Positions 12,337 to 25,308 of a stretch of DNA of 64,000 nucleotides are shown here, one piece after another; positions within the stretch are counted from its first letter, which is position 1, and each line of letters opens with the position of its first letter. Made by a program: the position numbers and the translations under genes. The stretch is from NCBI GenBank assembly GCA_046563655.1, contig CM102289.1:4650001-4714000 (forward strand), read 5' to 3'. The notes beneath the pieces were generated by a model. The model searched no databases. It was not told the DNA's origin and was given only the letters and a program-made list of their open reading frames with translations. The DNA is from Yuukianura sp. NJ FZ-2021. Taxonomy: Eukaryota.

Positions 12337-14257
12337 TGCCCGTATACATAATGACGGTTCACCCGTAACCTACGGATCAGGATTTGGTGAGACCGATCCG
12401 GGGGTCAGGATCACAGTAATCCGTGAACGGTATACATAATATAATCTTGAGCGGTGGATTTGTAAATCCGGTTCACCTGAACGTGATCATCGGATTACTC
12501 ATTTTTACATGCCACATTTAAATACTTCAACAACAATGTATTATGTTGATTAAAAATGTGACAAGTTTAATGCTCCTTTTATTTTCAGGTGGCAAAGTTT
12601 TCAAACTTTCTATAACACAACACCATTTTTGTTGTGTTTTATTAAAGTAATTAACGAAATAGTTAATGATTCAATTAATTTCTGAACAAAATAGGAAACT
12701 AATGGGACAAAATGCGGCCATGCTGTGCATATACTGCGCAAGTACTGCGCACTGCGCAAGTACTGCGCAGTACTTGCGCAGTGCGCAGTGCTTCCGCAGT
12801 GCTTCCGCAGTGCTTCCGCAGTGCTTCCGCAGTGCTTCCGCAGTGCTTGCGCAGTGCTTGCGCAGTGCGCAGTACTTGCGCAGTGCGCAGTGCTTGCGCA
12901 GTACTTGCGCAGTGCGCAGTGCTTGCGCAGTACTTGCGCAGTGCGCAGTGCTTGCGCAGTGCGCAGTGCTTGCGCAGTACTTGCGCAGTGCGCAGTGCTT
13001 GCGCAGTGCTTGCGCAGTGCTTGCGCAGTGCGCAGTGCTTGCGCAGTACTTGCGCAGTGCGCAGTGCTTGCGCAGTGCTTGCGCAGTGCTTGCGCAGTGC
13101 TTGCGCAGTGCGCAGTGCTTGCGCAGTGCTTGCGCAGTGCTTGCGCAGTGCGCAGTGCTTGCGCAGTGCGTAGTACTTGCGCAGTAGTTGAGTAATTGCA
13201 TGATTCCAACCGGATGATCTTTGATTCCATCTTTTGACAAGCAAACGTTGACAAATGACATACACAACATCAGAACCTTCCGGAAATCAGGAAATTATTA
13301 TTTTTGTGTAAAGTCAAGGCTAGAGTAAAGTTCGAAACGATTTTTTTTTGAAACATTTTGAAAAGAAAGAAGATGAGATGATGAAATGTTGAGAATAGTG
13401 AAAGCGAGAGATTGATTTTTCCATGGGGTGGTTTTTGCACCCTCCTATTCTTGTCCGAACCCCTCATCCCTTAACAAGGTTTAAGAGCACATTCCATTTG
13501 TTATACACACTAAATATTTTTGTGATCTGTGGGTCGTATACGAAAACTTTTTAGTTTTCAAAAACATCCAGTAGAATCTTCTGCATAACAAATAGTTTCG
13601 AAAAAATTGCATCACTCTACCGGTTTGGTCATTTTATACAGAAACGTAAGAGATCAACTTTTTTATCTTCTTTTTCCTATAACCTTTAATGCCCGTATAC
13701 ATAATGACGGTTCACCCGTAACCTACGGATCAGGATTTGGTGAGACCGCACTGCGCAAGTACTGCGCAAGCACTGCGCAAGCACTGCGCACTGCGCATAT
13801 ACTGCGCAGACACACTGCGTTTTAAGTTCCATAATTTTTATAGAGTCAGTTGACGCAAACTGTACAAAAGTTGAAATTTATATAAAAACTTTAGTTCTAT
13901 AAATTCTGTAAGTTTTTTCTGACATTTATAACGCAAACTCCTTAATAAAACTGAACGCTTAACTCGTGGGAAAAGAATATACTAAACAAAAATTAAAATA
14001 ATTCCAGTTGAATCAAGTGGTGAACCTACCCCTATACCAGGGTCACGAATTTTGATCCCGATCATAGTGATCCGGTTTACTTTTTTGTATTATGTATACG
14101 AATATAACCCTGAGCGAGGGATCAAACAAATTTTTGATCCGAGGTTTACGTGAGCGGGTCACCGATGACCTCGAGACTCATTATGTATAGGGATCAGGGT
14201 GATCGGTTCAACTTTTCATGATCGGATCACCGTGATCCGGCATTATGTATACGAGCA
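12337..14257. mobile_element. Non-autonomous PIF/Harbinger-like (Tourist-type) composite element
   Basis: Terminal inverted repeats TGCCCGTATACATAATGACGG (12337) and CCGGCATTATGTATACGAGCA (ends 14257), each flanked by TTA. A second copy of the left ~59 bp lies at 13690. No transposase ORF. Confidence 0.7.
12732..13185. repeat. GC-rich tandem array of GCGCAGT (7 bp) and GCGCAGTGCTT (11 bp) units
   Basis: Directly visible; a short reverse-orientation run of the same unit lies at 13748-13810. Confidence 0.95.
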
Positions 14258-14634
14258 TTAGAGATCATTAAGAGGTAACCTCAACCTTATAGCTACAATT
14301 TTATTCAACGCTTCGTTTTTCTTATTCTGAAATCATGGCGTCTGCAATCCTCGTAATCCAAAAACTCCAAAACGCCTTTATCCATTTGTATTTGAATCTT
14401 GGAAATTATCTGCGACGAATGAGAATTCATATTTAAATTGACCTGTAGTAACCTGTAACAGGTTCAGGGGTCAAAGGCATCATTTTCTTTGCAATTCGGA
14501 AATGGATAGATCGATTCCGAAGAGGTTTGCGTGACGTATTTTGGATGAGACGCGGACTAAATACTCCGGATTTATGTTGACCCCAAGTGACCTCAAACAA
14601 ACTACATAATTTTGAGAATAAGAAACAATAAGAG

Positions 14635-14868
14635 GACAATTTCAAAAACAACCCTTTAGTTGCTTAGAATCATTAGAGGATTTTTTTTTCCTATGGACCA
14701 TGACCCTACGACCACTCGCTAAGGTCAGAGATGAACACAAGCGTAAAATTTTCCTTTGACTTGACCTCTGACCTCAGGGAGTGGTCATAGGGTCAAACTC
14801 TATAGGACAAAAAAACTCCTCTAATAATTCCGAACAACTGTCAGAAAGGGATCGTTTTTGAGATTGTC
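14635..14868. repeat. Palindromic TGACC/GGTCA-rich MITE-like repeat
   Basis: Inverted arms, e.g. TTAGAGGATTTTTT...TGACCCTACGACCACTC versus GAGTGGTCATAGGGTCA...AAAAAACTCCTCTAA. Confidence 0.6.
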
Positions 14869-15333
14869 AGAAGTTCCCACTTCACTTTCTGGACTTAGAA
14901 ATATTTCGAGTCCGGATTCTCAAAAAAATGGGAAAGGGGATCCCTGGGTCAATAATTTTTTTTGCTTCAAGCGTTCCAAAAAGTTTTTCTACATAAAATT
15001 AGAATTAACATTTTGTTTTGGTTTATAATTTCAAATCCTGAAGACTTTTTCTTTCACTTTCTTTCCAGAATGTAAAAATGATAACATTGAAAATTGAAGT
15101 TTTGGAAAAAAAAAGTGCGGGAAACTGTTGGGTTGGGTTTAACTTTTGGAAAGTAAAACCACCCAAAAATACATAAACCACAAACGTCAAAATCAAAGTG
15201 AAAGAATCCTTCCAAACAAATACTAACAATATTTGGGTCAATCAAATATTAATTCAAATTTAAGTTGTATTCTGAGTGCCACATAAGACATGACCTATCT
15301 TACAATAAATTACCACCTAAAAAGTCGTGGTCT

Positions 15334-15745
15334 ATGATCATGAATGACGTAGAAGAATTCGAGAAGGCTGCTGTTTATGTCAGAAGTGCAAGCGGTAAAC
15401 GAACTTATAAATGTTAAAATTAGTTGGAGGGGTCTCCAAAAGTTCAAAGCAAAGGGCCAAATCTTTTAAAACATATGTTAACTAATATATGATTTCCAAT
15501 ACTTTTCAGTGGCCAGGTCCCTTGATCGGAAGAAGAAGTTAGTATTTTACGGCCTCTACAAACAAGCAACAATTGGAGACTGTAATCGACCTAAACCGAG
15601 TTTTTTTAATATTCCGGGTAGAAGAAAATGGGAAGCCTGGACAGCCTTACTAGGAACACGGCGCGAAGATGCAATTCGTCAGTATATTACAATGGTTGAA
15701 GAAATTGGCGGTGCCAGTACTCTAACACCGAACCAACGACGATGA
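15334..15745 (+). CDS. Acyl-CoA-binding protein, copy 2 (2 exons)
   Basis: Exon 1 MIMNDVEEFEKAAVYVRSAS|gtaaac; exon 2 FYGLYKQATIGDCNRPKPSFFNIPGRRKWEAW. Confidence 0.9.
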
Positions 15746-15956
15746 CCCGTGTTGTATCTAACCATCTTTTTTTAATCATTTGTAACAATCGATAAAACCT
15801 TTTGTAATTTGATATATAATAAATTTATTAGCTTATAAGAGGGATAGGCTTATAACTTATAGCCATTTCTTTTCTTTTTTTTTCAGAGCCATTTAAGGAC
15901 GTGTGCTATGCGTCTAATAAACAATCATCGTTAAATTTAGTACCCGCGATATCTTA

Positions 15957-16067
15957 TATATGACCCTGTGACCTTCCGTTGAGGTCAATTTGAAAGTTAG
16001 TTAGGTTAGGCTAGATTAAACCTTCAAATTGACCTGTGACCTCAACGGAAGGTCACAGGGTCATATA
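15957..16067. repeat. Hairpin MITE-like repeat related to 14635-14868
   Basis: ATATATGACCCTGTGACCTTCCGTTGAGGTCA is inverted against TGACCTCAACGGAAGGTCACAGGGTCATATAT, with a central GTTAGGTTAGG. Confidence 0.7.
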
Positions 16068-16368
16068 TCAGAGGACAAAAAATGATCCCCTTATCATGTC
16101 CAACAACTTTTGTAGAGGTCATTTTTTGGGTTGTCTGGGGACTTGAATTTACTATCACCAGTACACCGCTTAAGCTCCGGCAATGATGTTATATTTTAAG
16201 CCAGAATAGCCCAGCAATTTATAAATCAAGAATTAAGAATCAACTTCCGGTGAACGTGGAAACCGATTTAAAACACTCTCATAATCAATTTTGTTCCTTA
16301 ATCTGAAGTTTTTTTTTAATCGGCCAATAGAAATTCAAAAATTCCGCGGTAGAATCAACAGATTCTAA

Positions 16369-19300
16369 TTATCTAAGTTGTGCAATAGTTTTCAGTTTGA
16401 GTTCATGAAGTTCTTTTTGCAGTTTGTGGGGTAAACCTGGAATGTAGATTGTGGCCTTTCGTCTGTAAACAAAATAAAATTTTATATGAAACGATGAACT
16501 TTCGGCATCATTATTCACAACCCATTTGCAGCGGTGCATCGGGGAAATGTGTTGGTTTTTTTTACCGTTGTTGTACAATTTGTTCATTTTCACGTTCCGG
16601 AGGCATCAACATGAGATTTCTACGAAGAAATCCTTTGCCACAGATTGGAACACTTTCGTCCAGAAACGACTCCAGCATCACAATTTGCTCCAGTTGGGTA
16701 CACAACTTCCAGATTTCGGCTCTCTCCCAAAAATCCTAACAATCAAAACTGCATTTGAGTCTATTCATACTGCAACAAAACAGAGTGGCTCACAAATTGC
16801 AAATTTTTAAATACCCGTATTTCTTCAGATGCTAAACCAATAAGAAAATTCACCAGGAGTACCACAATGATCACAATGAAAATTGCGAGTGCCAACATCA
16901 CAAAACCGGAGAAAATGTTGTCCTTTGCATCTCCGTAGAAGAGGTCATTGTAGTCCAGTTCACCGATCATAAATGTTATGATTTTTACAAAAGATTGCGC
17001 AGCAGAAGAAAATGAAGGTTCCTAAACTAACAAAATTCAATGTAAATATCATCCAGTACAATTCTAAATGTTTCTGAAGTTTGCTTTTTTGAAAGCTTGC
17101 CCCTGGTAGTAGAAGGACGAAAATAGTAGCAAATCCAAAGAGAATCGGAGCAGTAACTGCGATTGCGATGAGTAGTGTTTGTGTGGACTGAAAAAAATAA
17201 CACATTACCAAAATAACTATATAATTACAATAGTACATAATCAAATATAATTTCATAAAACATTTACCTTTCGAAGTAAATTTATGTATACCCTGAAGCG
17301 TGGTATTTTTCCAAGTTCAATGTTAATTGCGATCCAAATTAGTAGGCCCAAGACCTGAGCATTCGAGAAAAAAAATGAACATGGCCACAGGAATATTTGG
17401 TCAAAAAATTTAACCTTACACCAGCAATGATGTATTGACAAGTTTCCTCAAATAAAAACACTCCCAATGTAGGTAACGTGGTAAATACAATTGCCAAGCC
17501 AAGCACTACTGGCCAGCATGGTAAAATTTTGAAAATCATCCCGATGTAATATCCAATGGTTTGAAATAGTGCCTCAATCCAACTCGTTTCTGCTTTGAAC
17601 GTTTTCATTGGTCGAAAAATCCAGTGAAGTTTTTGCTTCGTAACATGAAATTGGCTCAGCATAAATATGAAAACTGCAAACAAATTTGCAACTCCGCTCC
17701 AAAATATTTTGGGGGGCATTTCACATTCAAATAGACCTGTAATAAAATTATATGTTCGGCAAAATATACGCATAATTAGCATGAAAAGTGAAAAAATATA
17801 AAACGAGTTAAGATGTGTCCACATTACTTTTGTGTTTTGTTTCACTAGGAGCTTCATCTGAAGCGTGTGGTCGTAGCTTTAGCCAAGAAAATTCGGTTGA
17901 ATTTTGGTAGGGGCAATTGATTCGGTAAATTTGTACAACAAAGAAGAAGTTGAACAAATACCAGAGCATCTGGAAATACAAAAAAGAACACACACATAAA
18001 ATTCAAAATGAAGGCAAAATGTAAATCACGTGTTGCACGATTTTATCTCAAAAAAATTCGTTGTGTTGGAAGCATTGGTGGGCGCAAAAATGTATCAACA
18101 TACATGTAAAGTACGAAATATAACAAAAAATGTCCGAATCTTCTTCCATTTCTCGTGGATGTAAATTTTGATGAATGTATTGTGCAAAATTTCTTTCCGA
18201 TCATCAAATTTAGCATAGCAGATTTTGGCCAATTCTTCCGTTTCTTTGTATACATTTGATTTGGTTGTGCTGTAGCCAAGGATTGGACTGACAGAAAAAT
18301 ATATTCAATAACATAATTGAATTATATATTCTTATTAGATAGTTGTTACGTACCCAAAATCCAGCTCTGCATAAGTATTGACAGAGTTGATGTGTTCAAC
18401 AAAACCGGAGTTTTTAACCGCTTCATCTAAAAGCACATTGACCGCTTGTGGAATTTTCTCATAAACTTTCTCCAGTGGAGTCTTTCCACGTTTAGATCTG
18501 TTTAGAAAAATGGAAATGTCAAAAACTAAATTTTTGTTTTGAAGAAGTTTTGTTGCACCAAAGACCAATTTTTGATTGTAACCTGATGTCAAATGCTGAT
18601 CCAGCAAGAAGTAAAATTTTGGTTGCTCCAATATTTCTGTTTGCTGCTGCCAAGTACAATGGTGTACAACCGTCCTGATCCTGCGCATTCAGCAGTTGTT
18701 TTTTCTCTTCCTGGTTTTTAATATTCTTCAAAATTGTTTGAACACATTCTTCTGCCGCGTATTGATTTCCAAGATTTGCTGCAGAATGTAACACAGTGAA
18801 GCCTGTATTTCCTTCTCTGACGTGGTAGCATTCTGGAAGCATTTCCAGCACCTGAGCGTATCCACGACGCGCAGCAATGTGAATTGGACAACTTCCGCCA
18901 GAGTCAAAGTGATTCAAGCCAACCGTTTTGATTTCTTCGTCAATGTTATCAAGAAGTACCTTTGTGCATTCGATTGCCTTGTCTTCAAATCCTAAAAACA
19001 GGCTTAATTTCAACATTTTGTTCAGCTTGTGAAATTATTTTTTAAATTGCCAGAATTGTTGTAGAAAAGGTTAGCATAGTATTTTACCATGTCCAAGACA
19101 TCTATGAAAAACGTTTCGTCCAACTTTATCCACTTTTAAAACATCAGCTCCACTGTGTATTAGGATTCGAACAACTTTAGCGTGACCCGCAACCGCAGCC
19201 ATATGCAAACAAGTCCAATTTGTCCATTTTCTTTCGGTATTTAAGTAATTCTGCAGTTTTTTGAGGTCATTGTTGTAATACTTTAGGTCAAGCAAAACTT

Positions 19301-20028
19301 CTGTACACCGTAGCGCTTGGTTTGCATCCTCTGTTTTAGATTTCAATTTTAAATTAGCAATTTCAAAAGTTAGCAGGACTCTTTTTTTAAAAAATGATAA
19401 CTATACCTACGTACTTTGATATTACTTACCCAGTTGTGCTGAAGAATGCAGTAAGGTTTCATTGAGAAAATTTACACCGAGTTTACATCCATTTTCTAGT
19501 AATATTTTCACGAGCTGAGCGTTTCCAGTTCCAACGGCCCAAACTATCGGAGTTTGTTGAATTTTGTCTTCAAAATTTAATATTGTTGAAAGAAGAGATT
19601 TGTCGGAACTGTTACGAGCGTGACGAAGAATTTCCTGGCTGCAAGCGATTGCACTGTCAAAGTTGACTTGAAAAAATTGTTTAAAAAAATTAATAAAATA
19701 AGTACCAAGCTTTCAATCACTTTAACTAATCAGCTTCAAGTAAAAAAACTAACCATTATTTGCAGCCCAATGTAGTGGTGTTCCTCCTCCGAAGCCCACT
19801 TCAGTGACACTTTCTCCCTTTTCTAACAGCAAGGTCAATGTCTCCAGGTCACCAGCTTTTGCAGCTTTGATCAGTCGACTATCAGTGGAGGATTTCACGT
19901 CACCTTCCACGTTGACCATTTCGTAGCTTGGTTGTTTTTTAATAGATTCGTTCTGAAAAAAAATCATAATTCTTTAAGAATGTCATATTTTTTGTAACGG
20001 ATTCACTTACAAGTCTTGTTGACGGCAT
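16369..20028 (-). CDS. Ankyrin-repeat TRPA-type channel (pyrexia/painless-like), copy 3
   Basis: First exon MPSTRL|gtaagt at 20028; same exon structure as copy 2; ankyrin repeats, MIGELDY pore, C-terminus TIAQLR-stop. Confidence 0.88.
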
Positions 20029-21769
20029 TTTTTGAAAACGAAGTAAATCACTTCCACCAAATCGTGTTTTTGTTTTACCAAATGTTCTCACTTTTTATTA
20101 AATTTTGAATATCTTTAAATGATAACTCAGAATGGATTTTCAGTTAGATCAGACAGTCCACGAAAAGATGAGTAACGCAGAAGTTATTTGTGTCAACTAG
20201 TAGCGTTGGAGTATAAATTCGCTGAAAACTAGAACTTTAATTCTGAGTCAAGTTTTTTTTTGAAAATTCTGTTTTCACTTTTCACGGAAACTAAGATGGA
20301 GGAAAGGCGTATCAGAGGGTGTTTTTGCAATGGGGTGGGGATAGAATAACTGTGTGATACAGCGAAAGTCAACTGCAGGGCGCAGATGCAATTTTTATTT
20401 CTGCAAAATCTAAATCACGTACATAAAAAACATGTAAGAAACAGGGGGTACATGACACACTTCCACGTTGGAGCCTCCATGTTTGAAGTTGAAGTCTAAA
20501 AATCTTGCAACTGTAAAGGTGAATAATTAGTTCCAGTCGTTTCACTGTCTTCTTCTACAAAAGACATCAACAAGAAGCCATCGGACCAAGAACTTTGACT
20601 CTCGTCACAACTTGTTTGTCACTTCACAACTTTTGTTTAGTTTGAACAAACTCAAAATCAAACACAAAGGACAAAAAATCAGTCGAAATGAAAATTGTGG
20701 ATCACCGTTTGCTAAAGTTTTCTTCAGGATTTCATCATAAAACATCGCTGGTAAAGAATTTGAATTTTATCATATTCAATATAACTTCACTATTTGCAAA
20801 AACGCATTTTATTTTAGAAAAGAGGTAGGCAGTGATAAGTTCTAAGGCGCTATTTTTAATGTTGTTCGTTTTAAGCCTACAAAACGTAAACTTTTGTTGT
20901 AGATGCTGTTTGTTCAGAGAATGTTGTTACAAAAAAATCAAAAATTTAGTTAAAATAAGCGACTCAAATTATCAGGCAAGGCACTAACAACACGAAGAGG
21001 TGAAAGCTGTGTTTGTGTTTGTGTACTGACACAAGCGAGTTTTTAACTTTGTTATTGATTTGGAGATGCTTTCACTTGTGACTCTCCATGTTTAAACTCT
21101 GCTCTGGGACTACTGTAAACTGTAGCAGATTCCAGTTCCATTGTATTTTGTTTCTCAAATATATATTTTTTTTATCATGGATCGAATGCATTCCAGAACG
21201 AAGCTTCACCACATAAAAGGATTGTGCACGCGTCCTAGCCTTTGAAACAAATTCCTGAGAGACTTGGAGATCTTTTAGCCCGTCTATACGTACTTAAGCA
21301 CTTAAAAGCTTAAAACGCCTGAAGAAATTTTCTTCGTTTTCGATGCAGCGAATAGCGCTTACGTTGTCGTAAATTTCACTTTTTTTTGCTCCAAAGCTAA
21401 AACAGGAGGGCTAGCGTGTTTTAAAATATGTTGGTAAAACATTATTTTTGTTAAAAGCTGTCCAGAAGTGATTAACATGCCACCACGTACTTTATACAAC
21501 CTTAATCAAAGCTTCTATATATTGTTCTGTTTTTCCTTCAGCAAAATTAAGGTGTGCGTGCTCTATTGTCCCTCGGAGGGAGCCCTTCCTTATACTGAAT
21601 CTTTAAAACGTGTCCAGAACTTGAATTAATGTCAGAATGGCTCCTGATTTCTTTTTATTAGATCTTCTCCGCCCCTAGAATGAATTTCAAGTTTCATTTC
21701 TCAACAACAACAACTTTCATTTCTCAAGTTTTACAACTTCTATGTCTAACGCGGAATCTATACTTTTAC

Positions 21770-22253
21770 CTTTTCCATTTCCGTTCCTCTTCCATTCTCG
21801 TTCCATTCCATTACGAATGCATTGTTGTCATCCATACTACAATTGCATTCCAGTACCATTTCCATGACAGTAGCATTCCATTTTCTATTTCATCAAGCAT
21901 TCTCGCTGAAAAGTATGGATCGTTCCGTCGATGCACAATTTGGAAGTGCATATTTTTCGTATTTTTCTTTAACGTTGGTGCATTTGTGCAAATTTAATTT
22001 GCCATAGCAACCCATTTTTTCTCTGTCGTTCCATTGAAGGAATAGAACTGAGTTGAATGGCACGATGTCACTGGCATGGCAATGGAATGCAACAGGAACG
22101 GAAAACTCAAAATGCATTTCCATTCCATTTCCATTCCATCATCGTTCCTCATGGAAACCACGAAGCAACGATGGAAAACAAGTATGGATCGTGAAAATGG
22201 AAAATGGAATGGAATGCAACGAGAATGGAACGGGAAAACCACCAAGTATGGAT
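21770..22253. repeat. Degenerate foldback/MITE-like element with TTCCA / TGGAA inverted arms
   Basis: Left arm TTCCATTCTCGTTCCATTCCATT...ATCCATAC; right arm GTATGGAT...AATGGAATGGAATGCAACGAGAATGGAA. Ends and TSD not resolved. Confidence 0.5.
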
Positions 22254-23849
22254 TCAGCGTAATGCACTCACAACGTAACTCTTCGCTTACTTTAAAGGGG
22301 CCACGCCCCATGGTGACTCTAGGCAACTTACATTTCAGCAATACAACAAATGTTTCACGGCCTGGATTCTCCCAGCGTTTCCGTCTTAATCTGCTTTTTT
22401 AGTCTGAAAACTGGAACTGCAATAAATTAAGAGCGTAACTATTAAAACTGGAAATAGCCTATGTTGTAGTTGCTACTATTACTACAATTTTGGTCGTCTG
22501 TCTGTTCGTCCCGGATTTTACCCAACGTATCAACGGTTTAAACTAAATGATTTAAACCAATCTGGTTTCTTTTTAATGAAAACCTGGTTTAAATCAAACA
22601 CAAATATTAGCCGGGAAAACGGGGACATTTTGAAATTCTACACATCGAAATAGCACGTTCCACAGAAATTGATTTGATATATTCTACTTCTTGTTCTAGC
22701 GCTTTTTTTCAGTCATCAATTTTTAGTCAAAAGGAGAAAAACTGACTATTGTTTGACAATAGTATTGTTTGTTTATTTGTATCATTGTTTGTTTTAACTA
22801 AATACCCGTTTCAACACACTATTTCGGATGAAAACCTGAAACTACTGAAAATTGACCGTCTTCAAAAATCAGTTAAAAATCGCATAATCAACGGAGAACG
22901 TTAAAGTATCAAAAGTGGAAGGAAGTGGCGGGGTTTTCAATGGATTGGATTTGAAATATCTTAACCCAATTAAAAGTCATAACAGATTTTAGAAAAGTAG
23001 TCGCGAATAGTCGTTGTTTTTCAATTTTCAGCGTGGGAATTTCTAAGTTTTTAATCAGTAGAATACCCCGCAATCGCATTTCACAAATTTTAATACCATT
23101 AAGCATCTTTCCATCTCCTTCCTAGCTGTCCCTGGCACAAATTTTACAAAGTGACCAAAAATTTTGGAAGTTTGATTTCTTTATCCAAGTAAATCACCAA
23201 GACATCGGCAACTGTTTGTATGAAACGTATAACGAATCTCCATGATTCCTACGCGGAGGGATTTGGGTGAAAACGAACAAGTATGCCGATATCTGTTGCT
23301 AAGCAAACCATTTTTGAATTCATGAGTTCCTGTCGCATTTTGAGCCCTCAGTTTCCAGGGTACTCCGTATTCGCAAGCCTTAAAAACTCAAGTTTTTTAC
23401 TGAAAGTATTGTCCACTATTTTTTTAAATTTAGGAGTTCTAGTAACAGGGAACTAAAAAAAAATAACCCTGTAATAATTTAAATAATGTAAATAATTTTA
23501 CAAATCTGGTAAGTTCTGTACTGAATTAGTATTTTCGTGTTGTCACGCTTGCAGAATGCAAATTCAAAGGGAAGCTATACTAGAAAGAAAAGCGCGGCAA
23601 ATTCTCGGGTATGTTTAACTTTGAAAGTAAAAACATTGGCAGACAAAATGAGAAAAAACAAACAGGAACTGGTACTAAAGGAAGTGGTAAAATGCAAAAA
23701 AAAAGAAGAATTAACTTACATATTAATTAAAATGAGTGGTGGCGGTGAGTGGTTGAAGATTTAATACAATTAAGTACAATTTAATCATGTTATTCAAGTG
23801 CTATGGTTTAAGACGCTGAGATTGTTCTAAATATGTAAGATCGTTGTGA

Positions 23850-24379
23850 ATGGATGAAATCATGTATGATTTAGAAGACAAATTCAAGAAGGCTGCTAGT
23901 GATGTCAGAAGCCAAAGTGGTAAAAATTTAATCACTGAAAAGACACAATGTTGACTTTGAGTACTATAGTTTTGATCTCAAATTTGAAAAAGGGAAGGAA
24001 GGGTAGTTACATTTAAATATATATTTTTATTACTAGTATGTATTACATATTTGTATGCAGAACATACATGCATTTGGTGGAATTCAAATTAGATGTTGAT
24101 ACTGTCAAGCTTGGATCTTTCATGTATTTAAATTTGTGTTTTTCAGTGTCCAGAACCCTTGATCGGAAGCAGAAGTTAGCATTTTATGGCCTCTATAAGC
24201 AAGCAACGATTGGAGACTGCAATCGACCTAGGCCCAGTTTCTTCAATATTCCTGGCAGAAGGAAATGGGATGCCTGGAATGCCTTGGGAGGAACCAAACG
24301 TGAAGATGCCATGGAACAGTACATTGCTATGATTGAAGAAATTATTGGCTCCAGTATTCTGACACCAAACCAACGGTGA
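23850..24379 (+). CDS. Acyl-CoA-binding protein, copy 3 (2 exons)
   Basis: Exon 1 MDEIMYDLEDKFKKAASDVRSQS|gtaaaa; exon 2 FYGLYKQATIGDCNRPRPSFFNIPGRRKWDAW...DAMEQYI. Confidence 0.9.
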
Positions 24380-24565
24380 TGACCTATTCCCTTGTTTAGC
24401 CTTCATTGCCGAATGTTGCAGACGCGGAACTATACCAATAATTCACTTTTGTATATACACGAATTAATGTTTATTCAACTTATCAACTCGTACCAAGAAC
24501 TGTATCCTTGTAACATTTTTCCTTTGCTGGTTTGTTCAGCAATATAAACTCTAACGGCTACAGTT

Positions 24566-25041
24566 CGAAGCACGCCATTAGATAAAAAAAAAGACATAGA
24601 CAAAAGACATCCGAGAAAAAGACATCGAAAAGAAACACATCGAAATAGCAAACACATCGAAAATGTAAACACATCGAAACAAAAGACATCGACAATGTAA
24701 ACACATCGAAACAAAAGACATCGAAAACTAACCTCAGTCAGCCCAACCTAGAGTTTTCATTTTTAGGCTGAAACTGCACGCACCAATTTCGTTGCAATTT
24801 CCGCGCCCAAGGCGCGGCGTTAGGTTTGGTAAAGCACGCAATAGTGACTGCGTGCGTAAGTTTGGCTGATGAGGTTAGCTTTCGATGTCTTTTGTTTCGA
24901 TGTGTTTGCAATGTCGATGTCTTTTGTTTTGATGTGTTTACATTTTCGATGTGTTTGCTATTTCGATGTGTTTCTTTTCTATGTCTTTTTCTCTGATGTC
25001 TTTTCTTTCAATGTCTTTTTTTTATGTAATGGCATAGACCC
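24566..25041. mobile_element. 476-bp foldback-type non-autonomous DNA transposon with 8-bp TSD
   Basis: About 175-bp inverted arms built from ACATCGA(A) repeats; CTACAGTT direct repeat at 24558-24565 and 25042-25049. Confidence 0.85.
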
Positions 25042-25308
25042 CTACAGTTTATTTAGAATTAAAACATGGATATTCAACACCATGTCTTCTAAAGAAAGAA
25101 CAAACGTGGGGATAATTTCATCTTAATTTTGCCAATGTCAGGAAATGTTGTGAGTCACAGTCACAACTTATGACTCTGACGAGTAGTTTACCCATCCGCA
25201 TTAATTTCACTTGGTCACCCGATAAGCAAAGTTGTCCAGACATAAGTACGGGATAAATCTGAAACGCACCATTTTATTTAATTTGTTTGCACCATATTTT
25301 CGAAAACG

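Noticed and set aside
12610..13270. ORFs open in all six frames (CASTAQALRKH repeats)
   Set aside because: Artefact of a stop-free GCGCAGT(GCTT) tandem repeat inside a transposon-like element.
21680..22402. Several overlapping 60-115 aa ORFs
   Set aside because: Derived from TTCCA/TGGAA repeats; no protein motif or splice support.
24475..25126. Mirror-image Phe/Cys-rich ORFs on both strands
   Set aside because: Translations of the inverted arms of the foldback element.
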